From positions 3,224,001 to 3,288,000 of the forward strand of contig CM102290.1 of the NCBI GenBank assembly GCA_046563655.1: a DNA stretch of 64,000 bases, given 5' to 3'. This document shows, piece after piece, positions 47,652-59,465 of the stretch. The notes below the pieces were generated by a model, which saw only the letters and a program-made list of their open reading frames with translations, was not told the origin of the DNA and did no database searches. How positions within the stretch are numbered: position 1 is the first letter of the stretch; each line of letters begins with the position of its first letter. The DNA is from Yuukianura sp. NJ FZ-2021. Its lineage: Eukaryota. A program made the position numbers and the translations under genes.

Positions 47652-50600
47652 ATGAAAGTGAAGTGGACATTGACAGTCGTAGGTTTATTTGTAGCAGTGC
47701 AAGTGCTATGCTGCGTTTCGGGTAAAAAAAAATTTTTTTTGACGTCGCCTAATTTTTTAAAATTTGACTAGCATCAATTTTAACATATTAAAAGTTTTGA
47801 TCTGGCCATCCAACTCGATTTTGGGATTTGCTTTTTCTTTTAGTGGAATCTAAAGAGTTGAAAAATTTTGAAGAACGCCGTACATCAAAAGATTTGGTGA
47901 AAATGTAAGAAACTCTACTTTTGATCTGTATTTTAACACTTTTCCAGTTGCGTAAAAGCCATTCATTTGAACAATTTAAACAATCAAAGGACCAGTATTT
48001 CCTTCAACACTTCATCACTTTTGAAACCATAAAATTCATTAACACCTTCGCTTTTTAGTTCTGGAACTCCTTCCGCTTCGTTTCCTGTTCCATAAATCTG
48101 TCACATTCACTTTCATTTGACATAAATAGTCTCATTTAAGACATCTACAAGGAAAATGAAAACAGGACGAACACAGTTCTTGCTCTTTTTTCAATTTAAA
48201 ACAAGAATGAATTTTTGCATTCTTTCAGTCACACAAATTTCAGCAAATTGGTGAAAAAACAGGGACATTATAAAAGTTCAAATTGTGCGTGTGGCTGTGT
48301 CACACGCCTTTCTTTCCGCAGATTTCCAACTATTTGTGCCAAAAACTCTAAAATGTTTTCCAATTTTTATTTTTTCTTTGTCGTTTTTTTTTTATATAAA
48401 ATGTGCGTTATTGAATTAGTGGCGGGAGTCGTTGGGAAAGACAGGCAGAGGCATCATATGAAGATGGCGGAGAATATGAGTATGAAGAGGAGGGTGAGGA
48501 AACTGACAATACGACTTCTACGCCTGCGCCACAACGAAATGTAAACAACGAAAATCCGAACAAACCTGACAAAGAAGATGGCGAGGAAGAGCGACACGAA
48601 GACACGAAAGACACAGATTACGATGGAGAATATGAATATGAAGATGAAAACGGGAATCATGAAGAGGTAAGTGAAAAATTATTTCAAAATTTCAAAATGG
48701 TAAAAAAAAATTCCAGTACCAAAAACTTCTGCAAAATTTAAAAAAAAAACATAGGAAGAGCGCGATCGTGAGGAAGAAGAGCGAATTCGTTTGGACGCCC
48801 AGAAGGAAGAGGAGCGACGACAAGAAGAAGAGCGCGTCGAAGCTGAAAAACGACGCAAAGAGGAATTGGCTCGTCGTGAATCCGAAGCGCGACAGGAAGA
48901 GGAAGATCGTGCAGAAGACGAACGGCGGGAAAAAGAGCGACTTTTAGCCGAGCAGAGACATTATGAGGAAAGGAGACGAGAGGAAGAACGACGTCAAGCG
49001 GAAATGCGAAGGGAAGAAGAAGAAGAAGATGACCACGATCATGAAGAAGCAACGACACCGGAACCGGATGCTGAAGAACCATCAGTCGACGACTTGACTA
49101 CTGCTCAGCCAATGACAGACTCCGAAACGGAGTCACCGGATCACGAAGAACAGGAAGAGAGGGGCAATGACCTTGAACGACAGCATGGTGACCCAGAACG
49201 GGAAACTGAAACGGAAGCTCCGACGGAACAAGTGGATGTGCCAATACAGGAGTCAGGACGACACGACTTGGAGCGATACCGAGAAAATACGAACCCCGAA
49301 CCGGAAGTGAATCCGGAAGAAAGTTCGTACGAATATGTCGAATCAGAAGAGAATCCAGAGGGACACGGTAATGACGACATGGCGACATCAACAACATCCA
49401 CGACAACGACAAGTACGACAACTCCGGAACCAGTAGTCGAAAAAGGTGGGATTTTCATTCATTTTTTAAATTTTGGACAAATTAAATTAAATAAATTTTG
49501 TTTTCAAATTTGAAAACCGGCAAGATTCGTTCCAACTTAACTTTAGCTCAAATCATAAGATTTCATTACTAAAGAACTCTTTTTTTGAACGACGGCATAG
49601 AAGTTCATGAAGACGAAGAGTATGAAAGTTCTGTTGAAGCCGTCGACGAACATTTGGCGACGACGGAGCAACCGCCACCACCACCCTCCGTCCCACTTGA
49701 CCCACCTTCATCCACCGCTGCCCCACCACTGCGTCCTCTCCAGCCCTTCCAGACTTCATCAGTGGCTCCTTCTTCCGAAGAAGTTGAGCCTTCGCGGAAT
49801 TCGGACGAAGTCGACCACGATCGGAATCCAAATTCGAACACCGTTCTAGACCAAGTTGATCCAGAAGAAGACCAGCACCGAGTCGATCCAGGTCACATAG
49901 ATCCAAATGAGTACGAAGTTGAACCTCCAGCGTCAGCCGAAAATGAAATCCCGGAGGCCCCTGAACCACCGCCTCGTCAACCCGAAGTCAATAAGCCACC
50001 AATGACCCCACCGCCGGAATTGAGTCCACCAGAAACCGGGGATTCCCGGGTTCTCGGAGAGCGTGAAAAGTATCATCACCAAGACTTGGATCTTGACGAA
50101 GACGAAGAGGAAGAGGCAGAACTGTACGAAGGTCGAAGGTTCAGCGCTGAACGACGAAATAATGAGGATCCCAGACACGGAAGTGACAGGAGAGTTCAAC
50201 CCGCTCCATTAGCTCCGACTACTGACGAGAAGCCTGTAACGGATTTGAGTCAAGAGCCAACAGAGGAGGAGGACACTGACGCTGATCATGATGGAAGGCG
50301 TCCTGATGATGACAGAAACAGTCATACGACGCCTCAACTTCAACCGACGCCAAGTCAACCACGCCCTACAGAGTCCCCGTTTCATTCTGAAGAAGTTTCT
50401 GAAGAAGAGCCAGACGAGCCGATTGGTCAACCAGAACAAGTTGACCGGAACGTTGACCAGGGGAGGTCAATGACCCCTGATCGACCTCATGTTTCGTTTG
50501 TGCCGGAACAACCAAGGTCTCCTGGAATCGAATGCTTCTCTGGCTATAAGCTGTCGCCCGATGGAACAGAATGTCTAGGTAAGAAAAAAATTAGTGATTT

Positions 50601-53600
50601 TATTTTTTGAATTTTTATCTTCTTTTTCATTCCCGAATGTTTTCATGCTTTCTAAACCGCTAGCTTTCGCATTCCTTTGAAAACTATCAAAGTTTAGAAA
50701 ACTACAGTAAAGTCCCAGTTACTAAAAATTCCACTTCCTTGTTTCCCTGTTCAAACGACATGGGTTGAGACACCGTAAATCGTAGCACTTTCGAACACTT
50801 TTTGATTTATGTAAAGTCGTATCGTTTCGAACAAAAAAAGAGACACGGTACATTGGAATATGCTCTCCGTCTCCACCGCCCGCCGTTTTAAAAGTGGCTT
50901 CCGGGATTAGATGGGGTGAACGCAAAAATTCAAAAAAAAAAAAAAAGTATAGCTTTCCAACATTCTTTTATGCCTCGTAACGCACTTTACGCACTCTGCC
51001 ATCTCACACTTTAGACACATTCATTACGCACTAACGGCGTGAAGGTTAATTTAGTTATTACGCAATTTATTTCATGAGAAGATTTTTAAACAAAACTAAT
51101 TTTAGGATTGTAGTTTTGTAAGAACCCACTTTGTTCTGAAATTAAACAATGACTAACGATTTTAAAACAAAGCTGTACATTTAGCATTGCATAAAAAACA
51201 AGGAATTTCGTTTGTTTTTGCTTTTCGAAAGACCAAAATACGCTAAGAATCCACTTGGATTATTATTTTAAACCCCAAAAATCCGGGTAACTTAATTCCT
51301 AGAATCAACAACTTAAGGAAGTGATTTGGTACTCTCGGAGAATCATTTGTTATGCTACAGGAAATCCGGATTTAGAAATATCTTTATTCTAAAAACAAAT
51401 TTTTTGTTCGAAAAAAAAATGGTTTGAAAAAAAAATTAAGTTGAAGCTCTCCTGATCTCCTCGCTTAGTTAATCCATTAATTTTGTATTTTCTTGGTATT
51501 TTTTAGACAAGAAAAAAAAAGAACTTGGCAAATTATTTTTAGTTTTCGTGCTACAAAACGCGTTACGCGTGTAAGTAGCTACAATTTTTGTTTCAGACCG
51601 GAACTAGACATATAAATTGAAATTTGTTTTGTTTCAAAATCTAGAAAAAATGTGTTAAACTTTGAAAGCTTTTGTTGTAATTTTTCTTGAAATTGAAAAT
51701 GTGGAAATGGTTCAATTTCATACTATTGTGCTCCATTTTTTAACTTCTCATACTTCCTTTTGAATTTTTTTTCTTAAAATTTAAAAATTTTGGTCACCAC
51801 CTATCAACTTTTGATACTTTCTGTTGTATTTTCTTTTCTGAAATTTCAAAATTTTGGAAGACGTTCAATTTCTTTTTCTTTTCTTTGAAAGACGTGGATG
51901 AATGCGGCCTAGGCGTTTGTGGACCTTCGCAAATTTGTGCAAATCTACCCGGTTCGTATCGCTGTGCCTGTAATCCTGGATTTATCAAAGATTTTAGGTA
52001 AAATTAATTAATTCACGTTAGTTAATCTTAATCACAATTGTTATTAAAATTTACAACAATTTTGGCAGAAATGAAAAGCAGTGTCGAGATTTGAACGAAT
52101 GTGAAATTGGAAATGGAGGTTGTAGTCAAGACTGCGTCAATACGCCAGGGAGCTTCTACTGTTCATGCGCAGATGACTTCGATTTGGCTCCAAATCGACG
52201 TACTTGCCTCCGTCGTCCACCACCACCTCCAACTACGACAACAACAACTTCTACAACAACAACTACCACAACTACAACTCCACCTCCACCAACAACAACA
52301 ACTCCCCCGCCAACCCCACCTCCCCCACCACCTACTCCATCGTTTGACCATGGCAGACAATACAGCTTCCCATCGACTCCACCACCTCCGATTTTGGTGG
52401 GTAATGAAGAAAGTCCCACCAAAAATTGTCCCACGCCACCCGTCCCCCGTGGAGCTGGAATTGCCTATCTCTATTGCTCTCGGAGTCCAGTCGGAATTCA
52501 TCATCGACACAGTCAGTATGAACGGAGACTTATAGAGGACTGGACAGCAAGGAAAACTAAAGCGCCTCAAGGGAATTTCCAAAATATGGTTCCAACTGGA
52601 ACAGAAATGAGGTCACCACAACAAGGACATGCGCGCCAATTTCGAAATCGGCGCAACTTGCGACGCAGACAGAGACAAACGACGTACTCACCGGGCAGTA
52701 TGTGCGAACTTCGTTGTCGGTCGGGTTTTGAACTACGAGGGCACTACACTCTCCATTGTAACGCTTCTGTCGGAGCTTGGCAAGGAACAACCAACGGATT
52801 CTGTCAAGGTACAAAATAAAAAGAAATTGTACATTTTTTCAAAATTTGACGAAAAACTTGATGTTCGATATTTGAGTTTTTAAAATTTCTAAACATTCTT
52901 CATACGTTTTGAAAGTTTCTCGCGAAGAGATTAGGTCTCTATTGCCTTCGTTTCCCGAGATATAAATTTTCAAAATTTTATCTTAATTTTCAAAAACTTT
53001 AAAAAAATTCATCTCGTCAACGAAAATCAATAGAGAGATAAACTCTCCGCTACTGAATTCACAAAAATATGAAGTGTTTTTCCAAATTTCCAAAAAATTT
53101 CAGCCTTACCAAAACCGGACAATCTTCCTGCGGTGCCAGCTCATACCGAAACGACTCCGTCAAATGAAATACCGAGAGTGGCTCCGTATCCCGGTATGGA
53201 CTTTTTGCCAACTAAACCATCAGCGTCGTTCCGTCAACCAATTGACTTGACCACAACGTTTCGTCCAATATTCCACCAACCTAGACCAATCACAACAGGA
53301 ACACGCGAACCGATGACTCCGCCCCCTCCAGCATCCAGATTCTCTGATCCAGTGGAAGTCGAGAGATATTGGACGAAACCCAGGATTCAGTCGCCATTTG
53401 TGCCCACTACGACACGTCGTCCGTACTACCAATACACACCAGTCACTTACAGGCCAATGACAACTCCAGCGCCACCTACAACGACAACGTCCAGAAACAG
53501 TTTCATACAGCTATCATACAGTAAGAATTAAAAAATGAGTTTTAAAAACCCAAGGTTCGTTGACTTTGATTTTCTCTAACAGGTTGGGTAATACCTCTTG

Positions 53601-55655
53601 CTTTTTCGATTTTTGCAACTTTTCATTTTAGAGCATCCTAGTCGTTTTCAATTCTACATACGAATTGCTACCAATTTTTGGGATTGGTACCATTTTTTGT
53701 TTTTTTCGTATTTTTTGTCAACAACTGAGGTAGTACTCAACCTGTTAAAGAAAATTAACTTTTTGTTGTCAAGGAACCTTGTAAAAACCTATTGTCTGAA
53801 TTTTTGAAGCATTCTTGTTTGAATTTTTGAAGAATTCAAAACACCTTGGATTCGGTGTCCCGATGACATTCGGATTGACCTGCAACCAAATCAAAATTTG
53901 GCTTATGTAATAATTCCACAACCACAAACCAACGTTGATTGGTGGAGGTAAGAAGTTTGAATTGAAAATTTCAAAATTTCAGAAAATTTTGATTTAATTT
54001 TTATCATCTTGACGTTAGGCAAGTGAGCGCAGAACCTTCCTGGGCAAAAGGTCTGGAGACTGAAATTGGACCTGGAAAGCAGCGTATAACTTTCAGAGCT
54101 AGAACTTCAGCTCCGTTCAACAATACTGCCGAATGTGCCTTTACGCTGGAAGTCAGAGGTTGAACAATTTTTATAAAAAGCAGACAAATTTTTATTCAAA
54201 ATCTCAATTTTTGAAACTTTTTATGAATGCTAGATATGGATCCACCACGAGTCAGAGAATGTCCAGAATCGCTCACTCTTCGGCTCAATCCAGGTCAAAG
54301 TGCCCGCACTGTGACCTGGTTGGAACCCCATTTCAGTGACAACGTTCGAATTTCCTCAATGAAACAATCTCATCATCCAGGAACAATTCTCACCCTCGGA
54401 GAGCATCTCGTCAATTACGAAGCCAAAGATCCAAGTGACAATGTCGCCCGCTGCTTCTTCACTATCACGATTCTGCCGCGTAAGTTCAAATTTGAATCAG
54501 ATCCAAAGTTACCAAGGCAGAGAAGCGAATCCACCCATGCCTCATAAAATTTGGTCCATTGCACAAGGAATTCCATCCGGGAAATTCATTCTCATTTTGT
54601 TAAAACAGAAAATGATTTATTCAATACAAGTCTTGAACTTCCGTTTTTGTGTAGTAGAAATTGGAACATTTCAAATTATGAAAAAAATTTCAAAACAAAA
54701 TTGCATTTTTTTCCAATTTTGCCAATTTTTTCAGCAGCGTCAAGTTCATACAATGGAAACGGATTCCACACGACGCATCTTCGGAAGCCACTGAGCGAAG
54801 GCGTCACTGCCCCCACGACCACAACGTCCACGACCTCTGGAAGGCCCGAAGTCCATTCGGTCATGCGCAATGTCGTTTGCTACGTTGGGAAAAAAGGACG
54901 TCGAATTGTGTTTCTATCGGTAAGAGATTTTAAAATTTTCAACTTTTTTTCAAAAACGATTTTATTTACATTCATAGCTGGCGTTTTCTGCGTTTCAGCG
55001 TGTCATCCCCCGCGGCTGTTCCGAAATGACAATGGATATGATTGGTGAACCGACGGGTCCTGGATCCTACAATACTTTGAACACGATTAGTCAAAATTCT
55101 GCTGAAAACATGGCCACGAGTCAAATCTCGAGTGTTAGTTACACTTCTCATGACACGCCCCAGAGTGCATCTGCTTTTGGCCAGGCTCTGTCCAACGGTC
55201 GCAACACAAATCGAATGGTCCACAGCAGCAGTTCTGTTACCAATGGAGCTCATGGCACAAACTCCAAGTCATCCAGCTATGCCATTGCCGTGTCATCCTC
55301 TTCCAGGAACTTTGAAATCCCATTTCTAACGGACAAGCAAGTCTACGAAGAAGATGACCTCATACCACCCACAAATCTTCCTCAGAGGTCATCCGCTGGT
55401 GCAGGAGAGGTCAATCAACCACTAGGTAGTGCCACTAGCACTGTAAAGAGAGGCAGAGGACGACCAATGAACGGTGGGGGACAACGGCGTCAGAGGCTCC
55501 CGGGAAGTGTTGACCTCAGGGCTGGAGGTCACCGTCGTCCTGCTGCAGGAAACGACCAAGATCAGGATCCAACTACACCTCCGGTTGAAAATAAAAAGTA
55601 TTTTCGCCATTTCAATTCATGGGGAACCACAAATGGACTACTTCGGGGAGACTGA
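47652..55655 (+). CDS. Large secreted extracellular-matrix protein: signal peptide, acidic/charged helix, calcium-binding EGF domains, mucin-like T/P tracts, Sushi (CCP) and two HYR-like domains; recalled as Drosophila CG7526-like
   Basis: About 13 exons in frame from [23 protein letters not shown]. cbEGF motifs [20 protein letters not shown] and [27 protein letters not shown]. Sushi [14 protein letters not shown]...[50 protein letters not shown]. Confidence 0.88.
52834..53100 (+). repeat. Dispersed copy of the 318-bp repeat, filling almost a whole intron
   Basis: Shares CAAAATTTGACGAAAAACTTGATGTTC, CGCGAAGAGATTAGGTCTCTAT and CTGAATTCACAAAAATAT with 6225-6480. Confidence 0.9.
53551..53781. 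mobile_element. MITE with 8-bp TSD, copy 2 (inverted relative to copy 1), intronic
   Basis: Termini CAAGGTTC...GAACCTTG, exact TSD TAAAAACC (53543-50 and 53782-89). Confidence 0.9.
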
Positions 55656-56803
55656 ATGAAAATTTCGTCTTCTGTTCAAGGAACTAAAAAGTAGAAAATG
55701 GGTTTCGTTTCGACAATTTTGTTCAATTTTCAAAATGGTCAAAAAAAGTTACTGGAAATCAAAAACTGGAGTTTAGTTTAGTCTCTAACTAATCTTTTTC
55801 TGTTTAAAAACCACTTTTGTTACTCTACAATTTAGAAATCTATTAAAAGACTAATAAAAGAAATTGGAGAGGTCTGATTTACCAAATAAATCATCACTGT
55901 ACAATTCCGGAGTATTTGCAATTTGCAAAATTTGAAAATTTTTTTTGCAACAATTTGCAAAGTAATAATGGCCAGAAGTGTTTTAATTGTAAACAATTTC
56001 TACTTTTAATGGTTCTCGAACCATTAAAAATTTAACACGCCTGATTGAATTTCATTGCCCATTGTTATACCCTTGATTTCAATATTTTTTGCCAAACTCA
56101 ATTTAGCACACTGCTGCAGTTAAATTGAGTTTGGCAGGAATTTGACGCTGTAAAGCATGAAGCTGCTGCCAACTTGAAAACGTCCTGTACTAACACTTTC
56201 CCTCTGGCATTTTCCGTACCCTGTTAATATTTTGGCCATGAAAAGTAAGAGTAGAAGGGGTTGATGGCATTATAACAATGGCTTGACACCTACCTGTATC
56301 CACTTGTAAAAGACCAGAACATAACTTAGGGTGAGGCACATCTCCCCTCCTATTGTTTGTTACAAGATGCGTTTTAGCACTAGCACAGAACAAATCCAAA
56401 TTGTTGATTTTCATTCATTTCATGACTCAGTTCCAACTCCAACGGTACAGACACACCTTAGTTGAGCAAATTTTCTGGAGAAAGTCCAAGGTAACAGTCC
56501 AAGTCAAAACAAAAGTCCAACCAACAGGTAAGACACAAAAGTTACAAAGTTAGTGTAAGTTATTTTAATTTTGCCCAAGCAAGGTTGTTTGACGCTAATT
56601 CTTCACCAATGTTGACGAATCTTTCAATTTTTCCAATCCAATTTTGAAGAAAGCTTCTCCAATGTTATGTTTCTACTGAAAAAAGTTAAAGTCTGACTTT
56701 TAGTATCAATTTAGTTAATTCAATTGTTATGTTTTAGTAAGTTACTTCAAAATTGTGTATTTACAATGGTGTTACGTTGTTCCAGTAGTTCCGAAAATGC
56801 AAA

Positions 56804-57228
56804 ATGTCCATTTTGGAGGATAACGACGCCTGGGAAGAGAATCCGTACTTCAAGGAACACGGAGACGAGTGGTCCGACTATACTGCCTTCTACGTCGCAA
56901 TTACGTTTTGTACTCTCCTGGGAGTGTCTATCATAGTACTCAACTTGGTACTGTGCTGCTGCTCGCCATATAAACAGTACTGGCGAAGTCCGGATACTGG
57001 CAACAGGTAAAACGTTTTCAGTTTCTACTTCTTCTGGTTTATGACTTGTTTCAGATTCTGAAAATATTGAAAAAGTATATAAGGAATAAGCGTCCTTTAC
57101 ACAATTTTTGAATAAATATTTTCAGATTAATTTTACCGATTTGGATCCGTAACCCGGGAAAGCAGCCTCCGTTGACTCTGCAACCAGAACTGGCTGGCGT
57201 TCACGTTTCTGCTGACATCGAACATTGA
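56804..57228 (+). CDS. wrm1: Small single-pass membrane protein, 101 aa (wuermchen-1-like)
   Basis: Exons 56804-57006 and 57126-57228. AWEENPYF..DYTAFYVAITFCTLLGVSIIVLNLVLCCCS..YW...TGNRLILP. The ORF is well supported; the name is from recalled similarity and arrangement, not a search. Confidence 0.72.
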
Positions 57229-57257
57229 AAATAGAATATTGTACTTTTAGCAGCACA

Positions 57258-57494
57258 ATGTTTCACGTGTACTGGCCAGCACTTGCTGTTCTGACGATGA
57301 TTGTCATCCTTACTGTCATGCTAATCCTCATCTACGGCGACAGAGTTTGCAAGAGGGTCAAATCCCGGACGGACAACATTTGGCAACGGAGGTCAGTCAT
57401 CCAACAGGAACAGCTCGTTGCTCAGCAACGCCAACTTCAGTCCATGGAACTACGCAAACAAAGTGCATCCTACGGACATGAAATTGAACTTTAA
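57258..57494 (+). CDS. wrm2: Small single-pass membrane protein, 78 aa (wuermchen-2-like)
   Basis: MFHVYWPALAVLTMIVILTVMLILIYGDRVCKR..., starting 29 nt after the ORF1 stop. Name is from recall. Confidence 0.68.
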   Translation: MFHVYWPALAVLTMIVILTVMLILIYGDRVCKRVKSRTDNIWQRRSVIQQEQLVAQQRQLQSMELRKQSASYGHEIEL

Positions 57495-59465
57495 CTTATA
57501 AAAACATGGGCATATTAATTAAATTTATACAATTTAACATACTTTTTAACTAACTTGCTAACCATAACTTAACAGGTCTAACACTATGAGGTCAGAGCTT
57601 TAAAAAATTTCTGAGGGGAAGAACTAATGTTAACATCATGACCTCAACATATTTTTGATACGATTGTCATATTCCGGATCCCGTTGACCTAGCTTCTTAT
57701 TCTCCATTTTTCAAAACTTTCCGAAAATTTTTGTTGTTACTGATTAGTACTTACAATTAGTTTTATAAAACAAACTTTTTATACAGTGACATTATGCTTG
57801 ATGCCAAAAATTTCTGAAAATTGTTCCGTCCAATTTTACAACTCAACCTGGGCTCTCTAAATCGTTAGCACAAAATTGCTATTCTTAAAAATAAATAAAT
57901 TTTAGTAACTTAAAAAAATAAGGAAACCTGAAAACAAAAAAAGTATTTTTGACTTCAGTTTTATTATTTTTTTACGACATTTTTCGTATTTAATACAGAA
58001 GTTATCCACATGAAGGAATATTTCATTTGACCTTTATTTCTTTTCCTGCTGATATTTTTCTACCAAATTTTAAATCGGGGTTTCAAATTAAAAGTTTCTT
58101 TACTGTTTATGCTTGGAAGTCCATTTTAAGAGGAAATTGCAATTTTTGAAACGAATTCTCACAACTACTTCCAACCAACCAAAAAACAAATCCATTAGAA
58201 TTCCTAAAATGTTTTTTCGGTAGGAGTATTTGTTACTACTTCTGGACTTGGAACTTTAAAAAATTAAGAAAAAGAAATTTTGAAAATAGAAAGTTTCAGT
58301 AATAACCATGATCTTTCAGCCGTAAAAGTGTTTTTTGCCACAACTGCTGCGGCTACTTACTTTAGTATGTTGGATTTTCACTGGTTCCACGCCTTGTTTC
58401 CTTAAAATAAAATTCCCAACCCTGGACCTCCAACAGTTTTTAACAAATTTTCGAATTTCGATAGGACACCGCAATACCCAACTACAAAAGTCTGCGAATG
58501 TTCCAAAAAGTAATCTCGCGCATTCTCAACTAACTTTTCATTTTTTGAATTAAGTCCACAAAACAAAACTAAATATTCCTTATGATCACGTGTTTTTCTC
58601 CATTGGAAGTTAGTAACGCCACTTACTTGGCGCTAAATTAGAAATTATTTTTGGACTCAACTTCAATGTTCGGAAAGTGGGAGACGTTCTTTAGATTACC
58701 ATATTAAATATTATCGGCGGAAACAAGCAAAAACGTTTTTACGAAAAATAAGAGATCACTTTTACGTTGCAACTAATAACGTCTCTTATAAAAAACAAAC
58801 AGGTCACAGAGTTCTAGAGTTTTAGCTTTTTCTTTTTGTTAGAAGTTAATCCTCCCATGTACGCGCATCTTCTAGGTCAAAGGTGAGAGACGGGCCCTTT
58901 AGTAGAAGAAAACAGAACGACAGTCTTTTGGTCAACCTTAATATTTCACTTAAGTGAAACCATTTCCGTAAATCCCCCGTTTCACAATAAGTACTCTCGA
59001 ATTCGTTCCCTCCTCCAGTTTCAGCAAGTATTTCTAAATTAAGTTATATTTTGTGTGCTATCAAAACGGATTGCCCCAATACACAATGATCACCTATCCA
59101 TTGTATCACATGGTGTTCATATGCCAAGAATCTAACGAGCACAACCTCCATCTTTGGCAACAGAACAAATGTGATGTACAAAACTTTGGAAAACAACGCC
59201 CTCAAGTTATGTCTTTACCTCCGCTTCTATGGCCTGGAGAAAGTTTCTGACTAAATCAGAAACTTTCTTCAGCTCAACACTTTGGGAAACAAATTGACGA
59301 GTTGTTGGACACACAAGATTAATGTTTAGATGCAACCTTAGGGTTCCTTAGAACGCAATCTCGCTATGTTTTAGACGGTACACGACCGTTTGGTTTAGCC
59401 TTTAGTCAGTGTAGTATTCTGAATCTGAGGGAATGCAGGTTATTAACTGTGTGGCAGTCGTCTTA

